From Micropepsaceae bacterium (lineage in GTDB: Bacteria > Pseudomonadota > Alphaproteobacteria > Micropepsales > Micropepsaceae): a stretch of DNA of 44,861 bases. Location: the NCBI GenBank assembly GCA_036264295.1, contig DATARE010000591.1:1-44861 (forward strand), read 5' to 3'. This document shows, one piece after another, positions 1 to 8,237 of the stretch. The translations under genes and the position numbers were made by a program. The notes under the pieces were generated by a model. It worked only from the letters and a program-made list of their open reading frames with translations, had not been told where the DNA came from and searched no databases. Each line of letters starts with the position of its first letter. Position 1 is the first letter of the stretch.

Positions 1-555
1 ATAACGTCGCAGATAGGCAACGGTATCGGTGTTCTCGCCGAAATAGCCGCAATAGGGCATGAAGATCGTGTTTGCCCGAACCCCAAGCGATTGATGACGG
101 GTGAGATGTTTGCTGACAACCGACAAGGAACCGTCGGTCAATCCATGACTGGCGTTGGTGAATGCGATGACATTCGTCCTGTTCTTGAAAGGACGCGCCA
201 GGCGCAATGCCAATTCGGCAGCTGTGCCGGCCGCCGGATCGGTAAACAGAATCCGGTAATCCAAACCGCGCGGCGCCAGCACCCTTTTGACAAATTCTTC
301 GACGAAATTCCGTTTGGCGACACTGGTCTTGTCACTGCTTTGAACGATGCGGTCTTCGGATAGGTAGCGAACCAATGCGTCGCGGACGCCGGAATTGTTG
401 TGGCCGAAACTCAACGTGCCGCTGCTGGAGTAAAAATCTATATAGCGTGCACCGCTTTCATCAAACAGTTCCGACCCGATCGCCTTGTCAAACGCGATGC
501 GCGAATTGCGGACATAGTTCTGCGAAACCGATTCGTAGCGTTCGAGAATATTCAC
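1..555 (-). CDS. Class-III PLP aminotransferase, diaminobutyrate--2-oxoglutarate transaminase-like (EctB/PvdH family); N-terminal 185 codons only, gene runs off the left edge
   Basis: Absent from the ORF track because it is edge-truncated. My own minus-strand translation from GTG 555..553 gives (M)NILERYESVSQNYVRNSRIAFDKAIGSELFDESGARYIDFYSSSGTLSFGHNNSGVRDALVRYLSEDRIVQSSDKTSVAKRNFVEEFVKRVLAPRGLDYRILFTDPAAGTAAELALRLARPFKNRTNVIAFTNASHGLTDGSLSVV..., open to position 1. An in-frame TAA lies 12 codons upstream of the GTG. The sequence is collinear with the N-terminus of EctB-type DABA transaminases as I remember them (ILER.ES.VR.Y, YIDF, GHN, PRGLDY, LAR, FTN.FHG). Confidence 0.75.
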   Translation of the reverse strand, partial: MNILERYESVSQNYVRNSRIAFDKAIGSELFDESGARYIDFYSSSGTLSFGHNNSGVRDALVRYLSEDRIVQSSDKTSVAKRNFVEEFVKRVLAPRGLDYRILFTDPAAGTAAELALRLARPFKNRTNVIAFTNASHGLTDGSLSVVSKHLTRHQSLGVRANTIFMPYCGYFGENTDTVAYLRRY

Positions 556-729
556 GAAGAGACACTCGGACCAAGATTTACGACAGCGAGATTACGCATA
601 CGCAGTTTGAGTGCCGTCTCAGAGCCAAGCTTATGACCGGCATGTAACAATGAGACCGGCTCGTGCAATTTCAATGACGGTTTCGTGTAATAACGATGAC
701 GGATCGGCCAGAAGGATTCCGTCTCGAAA

Positions 730-1758
730 TCAGAACGCCTCGAAAATCGCTTGGTGCGATTGTGCCGGTTCGCTCCGGTGGAAACCGATGGCCTGGGCAA
801 GAAGCTGGCGGCGCCAACCAAGTTGGCTTTTGTGGTCCCGATAATCGCGCGTGCGCCATTCGAAATCGTCGCGCCACACAACATTTGGGTTGAGATACCG
901 CAATATGCCCATTTTATACACGGAAGCCGCCGGGTTCGGCCGCTCATGCGCAGGATCGCTGCGGTTTGCCAGCAGGATGATGTTCCGTGCCTTGCAGGCG
1001 GCAATGGCGCGCTCTATGGCAGCGTTATAACGGCTGAGGTGCGGGCGCAAATCCTTGTCGGCATAGGTGGTTTCGCCAAAATCGGCCATTGGGCGAAGCT
1101 GCAAAGTGGAAATTCCAAAGCGTCCGTAAATTTCGAGAAATTCGTCAAGCTCTTCCAGATTGGCCGGACAGATCGTGTAATTGAGCCGCAGTCTGGGTGC
1201 CCCGGTCCCGATCTTGCGATTGATGCCGGCGATCATGGCGAGGCTTGCGAGCAGGCGTTCGTAAGCGGCGCCTGGCATGAGCGACTCATAAGTCTCCTTG
1301 CGCACGCCATGTGTGGAAACCGTGATTTCGTCCAGGCCCGCGCAGGCCATGCGTTCATAGGCCGTCTCGCTGAGAATTTGCCCATTCGTGGTGAAACCCA
1401 CAAAGGGCACGCGGTGACGCTTGGCCAATTCGATCAGCCACGGATAGTCGCGGAACATGGTCGGTTCCATGGCGCAGCCGAAATGAACCTGCAGCGCGTC
1501 GCGGAAGAACATCACCGCAAGCCGTTCGATGTCCGATTTGGTAAACTGCCCCTTCATATGGGCTTTGCGCCAGGCCGCATCGGAGAAGAAGCACATTCCA
1601 CAGCGCAGATTGCAGGCGTTAACCGCGTCCAATCGCACGATCAAATGCCGAATGCGGAACAAATCGGCCAAAAGAATCGCTGCGAATTTGAGACGTGGAT
1701 TCTTGACCGCATGATTCAACCGATGCAGCAGCTCGGACGTTGGCTTGAAGCGATTCAA
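730..1758 (-). CDS. Radical SAM enzyme (function unknown, in polysaccharide locus)
   Basis: ORF 730..1935 (-). Canonical CxxxCxxC cluster motif in LIVRLDAVNACNLRCGMCFFSD, followed by a radical-SAM barrel-like body (GFTTNGQIL, EITVSTHG). The first ~60 codons of the track ORF overlap the GT4 gene and look non-coding. TTG 1758..1756 overlaps the GT4 TGA 1757..1755 (TTGA) and is used as a provisional start. Confidence 0.7.
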   Translation of the reverse strand: MNRFKPTSELLHRLNHAVKNPRLKFAAILLADLFRIRHLIVRLDAVNACNLRCGMCFFSDAAWRKAHMKGQFTKSDIERLAVMFFRDALQVHFGCAMEPTMFRDYPWLIELAKRHRVPFVGFTTNGQILSETAYERMACAGLDEITVSTHGVRKETYESLMPGAAYERLLASLAMIAGINRKIGTGAPRLRLNYTICPANLEELDEFLEIYGRFGISTLQLRPMADFGETTYADKDLRPHLSRYNAAIERAIAACKARNIILLANRSDPAHERPNPAASVYKMGILRYLNPNVVWRDDFEWRTRDYRDHKSQLGWRRQLLAQAIGFHRSEPAQSHQAIFEAF

Positions 1759-3050
1759 GGTTGCGCACTTTCTCCGACACTGCCGGCCTGAGTTCCCGTG
1801 CGGAAGCCACGAAGCGGGGCCGAGCCCGCCCGCTCCCGCCGCGCGAGCAATCGAAAATAGGAGCCCTCGATGGAATCGACCATGCGTGGAACGGAGAAGT
1901 ATTCGGCACGCGCCCGAGAGGCTTCGCCCATCCAACGGCGAAGCTCATCATCGGTGGCGAGAGTGCGGATCGCGTCAGCCATTTCCGCCCTCGCGCCCTG
2001 GGGCACAACAAACCCGTTGACCCCGGAAATTACGCTTTCCTGCGATCCCCCGACTGGGGTGGCAACAATCGGCAGCCCGGCGTAGAGCGCCTCGATCAGC
2101 ACATAGGCGAAGCCTTCATACACCGATGGCAACACGAAAAGATCCATCGCCGGCATGTAGCTGGTGGCATTCACGGCGCCCGGCCAGATGGCGCGCTGCG
2201 CCAATCCTGCACGTTCCAATTGCGCTTCCAAAAGAGCGCGCTTCGGTCCTTCGCCGATCATCAGCAGCGTGAGCCGAGGCACCGCCTGCAGCAATGGAAG
2301 CACCGAGGCAATGAGATGCTGCGGTGCCTTTTGATCCTCCATCCGGCCCGCAAAGCCGACGACGATTTGATCCGGCGCTATCCCCAGCTTCGCCCGCGTG
2401 GCCTCGCGTGAAGGCGCGGCGGCCGGAGAACCGCCATTGGCGATCAGCGCCAACCGTTTTCGATGAATCTGCAAGTCCAGCGCATGTTCGAGCTCGCCGC
2501 GCGAGGTGCAAATAATGCAGTCCGTCAGGCGCGCCAGCAGCCATTCGATAGCGCGAAAGGCCAACCGTTTCTCCCGGCCTGGCACCGGAGACAGAGTGAC
2601 AAAGGCATGGGGCGAATAGAGAATTTTGTGCGTGCCGGAAAACCTTAGCAGTCTGGCGTAACCACCGCCATTGGAGCTGTGGCCATGGACAATGTCGAAG
2701 GGGCCATTTTTACGAACGTAACCTTTGATGGCGGCAAAAGCCGCGATATCCGCGAACCCGATATTCCGCGGCATGGGCACAGGTTCGCAATGGATGTTCG
2801 CAAGCCCCGTCAGGTGCGCCAAAAAGCGCGGCTCGAACCGGCTTGGCGAATAGATCAGATGGATCTTATGGCCGCGGCACGCCAATTCCGACGCCGCATC
2901 CACGATATGGCGCCCTACGCCCGCGTGGAGCGTCTCCGTGATGAAGCAGATCCTCAGCGGAGACGGGGAGCGCCGCGCATCCATGCACATGGACGGGTTT
3001 TCGTCCCGATCCGAAAGATCGGCGCGCGCCGCAACGGATATGTCGAGCAT
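1755..3050 (-). CDS. Glycosyltransferase, GT-B fold, family 4 (GT1-type)
   Basis: ORF 1755..3125 (-). N-terminal RICFITETLHAGVGRHIVD and C-terminal EGFAYVLIEALYAGLPIVATPVGG are typical GT4 signatures. ATG candidates at 3050, 2990 and 2984, so the start is uncertain. Confidence 0.85.
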   Translation of the reverse strand: MLDISVAARADLSDRDENPSMCMDARRSPSPLRICFITETLHAGVGRHIVDAASELACRGHKIHLIYSPSRFEPRFLAHLTGLANIHCEPVPMPRNIGFADIAAFAAIKGYVRKNGPFDIVHGHSSNGGGYARLLRFSGTHKILYSPHAFVTLSPVPGREKRLAFRAIEWLLARLTDCIICTSRGELEHALDLQIHRKRLALIANGGSPAAAPSREATRAKLGIAPDQIVVGFAGRMEDQKAPQHLIASVLPLLQAVPRLTLLMIGEGPKRALLEAQLERAGLAQRAIWPGAVNATSYMPAMDLFVLPSVYEGFAYVLIEALYAGLPIVATPVGGSQESVISGVNGFVVPQGARAEMADAIRTLATDDELRRWMGEASRARAEYFSVPRMVDSIEGSYFRLLARRERAGSAPLRGFRTGTQAGSVGESAQP

Positions 3051-3146
3051 GTCGCCCCGCCAATGCTCGAACGCAAGCCACGCGGCAAGGGCCACGGCTT
3101 TCGTCCGGCAGTTTCTTGCCTTCAACTGGGCAAGCTAACCGGCGTA

Positions 3147-3178
3147 TGTGACAACCATCGGACAGCCGTAATGTCACA
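3147..3178. promoter_or_regulatory. Inverted repeat TGTGACA-N18-TGTCACA between the hydrolase stop and the GT4 start
   Basis: Perfect 7-bp arms at 3147..3153 and 3172..3178. No T-tract follows on the minus strand, so it may be an operator or an RNA stem rather than a terminator. Function unknown. Confidence 0.25.
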
Positions 3179-3204
3179 GGCGATCTCACCGGCCGGCGAC
3201 AAAT

Positions 3205-4209
3205 TCATCGCACGAAGGCAGATATGTACTGGCCACCGAACGCGGTCAGGTTGCCTGCCTCATCGAACAGGCCTGCATGGAGGGCAGCCTTGTCATAGAG
3301 CATTTCGAACCAGATGAAGCCCGCAACCGCCGGATCTTGCGACACGACGCGATCATTGAAGACTTTCATATAGTTGGAACGGGGATGGGCGGTTGACCAG
3401 AGATAGGCGGCCTTTGCCCCCCATTCCGTCGCGATCAGAGGATTGGTGATCTGGTCGGCACGGATATTGCGAACGCTGTCGCTCCAAACCACCCAGTCGG
3501 TTTGACGCGGAAAGATCTTCTTCCCGGAAAGATAAGGATGGACATCGAGCCAGATGGTGGGATCGCCCTTTCCCGTACATCCATAAACGTCGAACATGTC
3601 GATAAACCATCGGTCGACGTCCGCGCCCACCGTGGCCCCGATGGCAATGGGGATATTGGCGTCAACCTTGCGTATTTCGCCGATGACGGCATTCGCGAGC
3701 AGGCAGTAGGCGCGCAATTTGTCCGCTTCCGTCTTGTACCCGCCGCTCCAGGTTCCGTTCATCTCGTTCCAGAGCGAAACGCCGCCGAGCGCGGGCACCT
3801 GTTTCACGACGCCCACCGCGTAAGCTGCAAATTCCGCCCGCAATTCCGGCGTGTCCGGAAAGGCGTGCCCGCCATCATTCGCCAATTGGCCGCATTTGAT
3901 GTTGTTGAAGGCAAGGGTGACGAAATTCCGGCCTCCCGCAGCCGCAACATTGCTGTAGAGCGTCTGCATGGCCGGGGGGATGGCGATGGGCAGTGCCGGG
4001 TCGCTGCGAAGATCGCATTTCGGGTCCACTTTGCGCCAGCCCAGCACATCACGAACGAAATCGCCGGGCTTGAGCACGGTTTGCAACTGGGTGACGCTCG
4101 GAATCCGTTTTCCATTGCTCACTTGCACCGCGACGCCTGCGGTTTGCGCGCAAACGCTCGAGCCAAGGAACACGATAGCCGCCGTTAACAGGCAGAATCG
4201 AATTGCCAT
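3205..4209 (-). CDS. Secreted glycoside hydrolase, clan GH-A (beta/alpha)8 type; family not assignable by eye
   Basis: 334-aa ORF with Sec signal peptide MAIRFCLLTAAIVFLGSSVCAQTAG. It has the clan GH-A catalytic pair pattern: NE in VSLWNEMNG (acid/base) and E in PLIATEWG (nucleophile). Confidence 0.6.
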   Translation of the reverse strand: MAIRFCLLTAAIVFLGSSVCAQTAGVAVQVSNGKRIPSVTQLQTVLKPGDFVRDVLGWRKVDPKCDLRSDPALPIAIPPAMQTLYSNVAAAGGRNFVTLAFNNIKCGQLANDGGHAFPDTPELRAEFAAYAVGVVKQVPALGGVSLWNEMNGTWSGGYKTEADKLRAYCLLANAVIGEIRKVDANIPIAIGATVGADVDRWFIDMFDVYGCTGKGDPTIWLDVHPYLSGKKIFPRQTDWVVWSDSVRNIRADQITNPLIATEWGAKAAYLWSTAHPRSNYMKVFNDRVVSQDPAVAGFIWFEMLYDKAALHAGLFDEAGNLTAFGGQYISAFVR

Positions 4210-4230
4210 CGAATCGCTTTCGAATCGGCC

Positions 4231-4256
4231 TCACCTCCCCGGCCGAGGGGGAGGTG
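4231..4256 (-). terminator. GC-rich hairpin (10-bp perfect stem, 6-nt loop) downstream of the HAF-repeat gene
   Basis: tcacctcccc-ggccga-ggggaggtga, located 22 nt after the stop at 4279 on the minus strand. No U-tract follows, so it could be a weak terminator or a processing/stability element. An 8-bp direct repeat tcgaatcg (4209..4216 and 4220..4227) abuts the hydrolase ATG. Confidence 0.35.
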
Positions 4257-4278
4257 AAGCCAAGAATTCTAGCTGAAT

Positions 4279-5730
4279 TTACGGATTGTAGGCGGGCTTG
4301 GAGGCAATGAACGCAGCTTGCGCTGCGGTTTTGTTCATGGCGATCAGTGAAATCTCGTGCTGGTCATCAATGGATGTCGCGGTGCCGAAGATATAGGCCT
4401 TTACCGCAGAATTCGTCACGTCGTTGTTGGCGTGAATCGACGCATTCAGATTGATGTATGTGGGTGTGGTTGCGGCGCCGTTGATATAAAACGCCGTGCC
4501 TTGGACGCCGTAGGGTGTGCTGTTGTTCGGAATGCAGGATCCGACCATTTCACCCAAACCGTTCGGCCGATTCACCCGGCAAGAATAGGCTGGCAGGCCG
4601 CCCGTGAGCGTCATCGTGCCGAAATCATGCACGGTGCCGTCGTAAATGAAGGGATGAATTTCGGCGAGGCCCGCAGGCGCACCGGGCAGCTTGACGAGCT
4701 CGAGATTGCCCACGACGCGGCCATCATCCAGCACCCGCAGCGGAACGACATCGGCGCCCGGAGCCTCGAAAAATGTGAGGACCATCGTGTTCGTGTTGTA
4801 GGTGAATCCAATGTCGACGCTTTTCATCGCGCCGCCGATGCTGCGCTTGACCGTCGCCGATCCCGCGACAATGCCGGTGTTGCTGACGGCGAAAGCGCGG
4901 CTCTTGATGACGGTGCTGGGGAAAGCGCCGGTAATGTCAGTCCACGCCGCGGCGTCTGTTGTTGCAAATACCGCGTGCACCTTGCCGGCTGCATCGTCGG
5001 ACATGCCCACGGTGTAAAGGCCGTTCCGGCTCACGGCCAGAGCCTGACTGGTGGGACCGCCCAATGTGCCCAGGAACGAACGTGTGAGCACCTTATAGGT
5101 CTGCCCAGCGGCATCGAGCTTCATAACGAGGCCCTGATTTCTGCCCGTGTTCGGATTGACGCTCCAGCCCACCGCGAAAGCGCCATTCGTCGCGTCGGCT
5201 GCCACGTCGGCGACCGAGCCCGTGGTGTTGAAATCCGCGTCCGTGAAGTTTGCGGTGACGGTGGCATCGTTTACCCAACCGGCGGTTGCCGCTCCCGCGC
5301 CGAAGGTTGTCTGTCCAAACGCAAGACCCACGCCGGTGGTGCCGAAATCGGTGGCGGCACAGTGGCTCGGCGAGGCTGCAACGGGACATGGCGCGTACGC
5401 AATCCCGCCCACGTTGAAAATCGAGCCGTTTCCAGCGGCGCCGGCCCCTGCCGTCTTCAACTTCACCGCCGTTGTCGCGGTGAAACTGCCGCTTGGATCC
5501 TGCACAAAGCGGCGCAAGCTCGGCGCCGTCGCGCCAGCCTGGTCTTGATAGACCACCCAGCCATTATCGACGTCGACATTGAACTTGCCGTTTACGATCT
5601 TGACGATCGAATTGACCGGCGACGCTGCCACAGCCGCCACCGAGCAAACAACTCCCGCACCCAATGCTGCAATCGAACCGGCTACCACGCCATAGGTCAG
5701 GCGGGCATCTGCAAAGACTTTCAACGGCAT
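4279..5730 (-). CDS. Extracellular HAF-family repeat protein (putative)
   Basis: 483-aa ORF with an N-terminal hydrophobic signal/anchor (GVVAGSIAALGAGVVCSVAAVAA). FLGTLGGPTSQALAVSRNGLYTVGMSDDAAGKVHAVF matches the HAF repeat pattern (GTLGG..S.A..n..G.vvG......hAF), and weaker copies follow (e.g. ...GLGEMVGSC...GTAFY). No PEP-CTERM tail at the C-terminus. Confidence 0.55.
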   Translation of the reverse strand: MPLKVFADARLTYGVVAGSIAALGAGVVCSVAAVAASPVNSIVKIVNGKFNVDVDNGWVVYQDQAGATAPSLRRFVQDPSGSFTATTAVKLKTAGAGAAGNGSIFNVGGIAYAPCPVAASPSHCAATDFGTTGVGLAFGQTTFGAGAATAGWVNDATVTANFTDADFNTTGSVADVAADATNGAFAVGWSVNPNTGRNQGLVMKLDAAGQTYKVLTRSFLGTLGGPTSQALAVSRNGLYTVGMSDDAAGKVHAVFATTDAAAWTDITGAFPSTVIKSRAFAVSNTGIVAGSATVKRSIGGAMKSVDIGFTYNTNTMVLTFFEAPGADVVPLRVLDDGRVVGNLELVKLPGAPAGLAEIHPFIYDGTVHDFGTMTLTGGLPAYSCRVNRPNGLGEMVGSCIPNNSTPYGVQGTAFYINGAATTPTYINLNASIHANNDVTNSAVKAYIFGTATSIDDQHEISLIAMNKTAAQAAFIASKPAYNP

Positions 5731-5963
5731 GTGAACCCCCGATTAGGATCTGGAAAACAGATCGTTAATCGTTATTACCGTGCAGTTGTTACGGTCGTGC
5801 GTCAGACCCATGACACGCCTGGAAAATTTCCACGACAAAACGCACTGACATTCGACCGCGGCGCGCATCGATGCGGGGCGTCGTCGTTTCGCCGAACTGT
5901 CATATTGGCGTAGTAACAGATGGGTGGAAGTGCGCTCGAAAGCGCGGGCGCAAGGACACCGGC

Positions 5964-8237
5964 ATGACGCATCCGATTGATACTTTGCACGTTCTTCCGC
6001 TGGAGGGGCGGCCGGCGAATTTTGAAAGCGATGGGGTATCCGTCGGACAGATTTTCAGCGTCCTCACCCGCCGCTGGATCGTGCTGACGACGACGATCCT
6101 GGGCATCACCATGTTGGGCCTCGTCATCGTGAAGACGCTGACGCCAACCTACACGTCAACGGCGATCATCGTGCTCTCGGCCCGCCAGGACAGTGTTGTC
6201 GACATGCAGGAGCCCTATATGCACGCGGCGGCGTCGGATGCGCTCACCCGTAGCGAGAGCGACGCGCTGCAGTCGCGCACGCTGGCCGACCGCGTCATCG
6301 ACCGCGAAAACCTCACAAGCGATCCGGAATTCAACCTGTTCATCCGGCGGCCCGCGAACAATCTTCTCACCCGGTCGGGCATAACGAAATATCTGCCGAA
6401 AGCGATGCAGGTGCGGCTGGGCTTCGTGCCGCGGGATCCGGGTGCCCTGACCAAAGAGCAGATCAAATACAACGTCGCAACCCAGGTGCTCGGCGCCTAT
6501 GCGGTTGCCGCCGATCCGAAGACCTACACGGTCAAGGTGAGTTTCACCTCGGTCGATCCTGCGAAAGCAAGCCGCATCGCCAACCGGTTCACGGCGGAAT
6601 ATATGGCCAGCCAGGTCGATGAACATGTCGCGGCATCGGATCGCGCCGCCATCTGGCTGAACCCGCGCCTTGCGGAGCTCAGCAAGAAAGTCGAACAGGC
6701 CGACCGCGCGGTAGAGGCCTTCCGGCAATCGCATCACATCGTCAATCTGCCGGGCGTATCGGGAGACCAAAGCGACGGCAGCAACACATTGGCCTTGCAG
6801 GAAATTCAGAACCTCGCCCAAGGCCTTTCGGCGGCACGGAATACGCGGGCGCAGCTCGAGGCGGCGCAACAGGAAGTGGCGCAACTGCGCGATGATCCGG
6901 AGCGTGCGCTTTCGGCGCCCGCGGTTGCTGCCGCCCCCGTGGTGGAGAATTTGCGCATACAGGAGCTAACGGCAGCGGCCCAACTCGCCGCGCTGAAAGG
7001 CACCTATGGCGAGCGCCATCCGCTGGTGATTTCCGCCACCAACGCTCTGCAGGAATTGCGCGCGCGGCTGACCGATGAAGCCGGACGGGCTTTGAAGCAG
7101 CTCGACGTGCAGATGCGCGCGGCGCAAGCCAATGAATCGCAGCTTCAGACGCGCATGAGCGAACTCACCAATATTCGTTCCGCCGAAACGCAGGTTCTGC
7201 CCCAGCTGCGTCAGCTCGAATCCGCGCAAACCGCGGCGAAGACGGTTTATGACACCTTTGTGCAGGGTCTGCTTCGCGCGACCGCGCAAGACGGCGTTCC
7301 CACCCCCAAGGGCCGAATCATTCAGCACGCCGATGTGGTGGACTGGCCGACCTTTCCGAACGTTCCGATTGCGATGGCGGTAATCCTGGTTGCAGCCATG
7401 ATGATCGGCGTCGGCACGGCCTATGCTCTGGAGGCTTCGGACAAATCCTTCCGCAGCGCCGACGAAATCGAAAGCAGCCTGCAGCTTCCGGTTCTGGGAC
7501 TGACGCTCGCTGCGCCCCGCAGCATGGGCCGCAAGCGCGGGCGCGTATCGCACAATGTCGTATCGGAGCCGGTTTCGGCCATGTCGGAAACTGTCCGGCA
7601 GGTCCGGACCGCCATCAGCTTCTCGCGCAACGACCGCCAGCCAAAGGTAATCATGGTCACCTCCGCGGTGCCAGCAGAAGGGAAGACGACGTTCGCATTG
7701 ATGATGGGACGCCAGAGCGCGCTCGCGGGCAACCGAGTCATCGTCGTCGAGGCGGAAATGCGCCGGCCGACATTCGACAAAGAAGTCGACCCGCTGCCGG
7801 CCAAGGGCTTGGGCCATTATCTGCTGAACCGCGCCACAGTGGACGAAATCATCGGAATCGATTCAACCAGCGGCGTCCATTTCATCGCCGCGCGTGAACG
7901 GAGTGCTTTGTCAGGCGAGCTGCTAGGCTCGGCGAGGATGGCGGCATTGTTGCGCGAGCTCGCCACCCGTTACGATTTCATCGTCCTGGACACCCCGCCT
8001 GCCACGATTGTAGCGGACGCGCTGCAATTGGGCGGCCTGATTGACGCCGCCGTGCTGGTCGTCAAATGGAATTCGACCCCGCGCTATCTGGCACGCGATG
8101 CCGCCAAGAAGCTGCGCGGGGCGAATGTACCTCTGGTGGGTGCGGTGATGACGCAGGTGGACGCGCGGCGATACAAATTCTACGGCCAGGGCGCCCTGCC
8201 CTATGAATACGCCAAGGCCTATTACAATCAGGTCTGA
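5964..8237 (+). CDS. Polysaccharide co-polymerase / tyrosine autokinase (PCP-2a, ExoP/Wzc/GumC-like)
   Basis: ORF 5871..8237. ATG 5964 has an AAGGA 7 nt upstream. The protein has an N-terminal TM (WIVLTTTILGITMLGLVIV), a Wzz-like periplasmic region with long coiled coil, and a second TM (IAMAVILVAAMMIGVG). The C-terminal P-loop kinase carries Walker A SAVPAEGKTT, a Walker A'-like VVEAEMRRP, Walker B FIVLDTPP and the Tyr-rich tail YKFYGQGALPYEYAKAYYNQV. Confidence 0.9.
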   Translation: MTHPIDTLHVLPLEGRPANFESDGVSVGQIFSVLTRRWIVLTTTILGITMLGLVIVKTLTPTYTSTAIIVLSARQDSVVDMQEPYMHAAASDALTRSESDALQSRTLADRVIDRENLTSDPEFNLFIRRPANNLLTRSGITKYLPKAMQVRLGFVPRDPGALTKEQIKYNVATQVLGAYAVAADPKTYTVKVSFTSVDPAKASRIANRFTAEYMASQVDEHVAASDRAAIWLNPRLAELSKKVEQADRAVEAFRQSHHIVNLPGVSGDQSDGSNTLALQEIQNLAQGLSAARNTRAQLEAAQQEVAQLRDDPERALSAPAVAAAPVVENLRIQELTAAAQLAALKGTYGERHPLVISATNALQELRARLTDEAGRALKQLDVQMRAAQANESQLQTRMSELTNIRSAETQVLPQLRQLESAQTAAKTVYDTFVQGLLRATAQDGVPTPKGRIIQHADVVDWPTFPNVPIAMAVILVAAMMIGVGTAYALEASDKSFRSADEIESSLQLPVLGLTLAAPRSMGRKRGRVSHNVVSEPVSAMSETVRQVRTAISFSRNDRQPKVIMVTSAVPAEGKTTFALMMGRQSALAGNRVIVVEAEMRRPTFDKEVDPLPAKGLGHYLLNRATVDEIIGIDSTSGVHFIAARERSALSGELLGSARMAALLRELATRYDFIVLDTPPATIVADALQLGGLIDAAVLVVKWNSTPRYLARDAAKKLRGANVPLVGAVMTQVDARRYKFYGQGALPYEYAKAYYNQV

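Noticed and set aside
556-729. The 174-nt spacer between the radical SAM stop and the aminotransferase start, examined for a terminator or riboswitch.
   Set aside because: It holds only a 5-bp stem (gacgg...ccgtc) and no T-tract or recognisable conserved RNA motif, which is insufficient to call anything.
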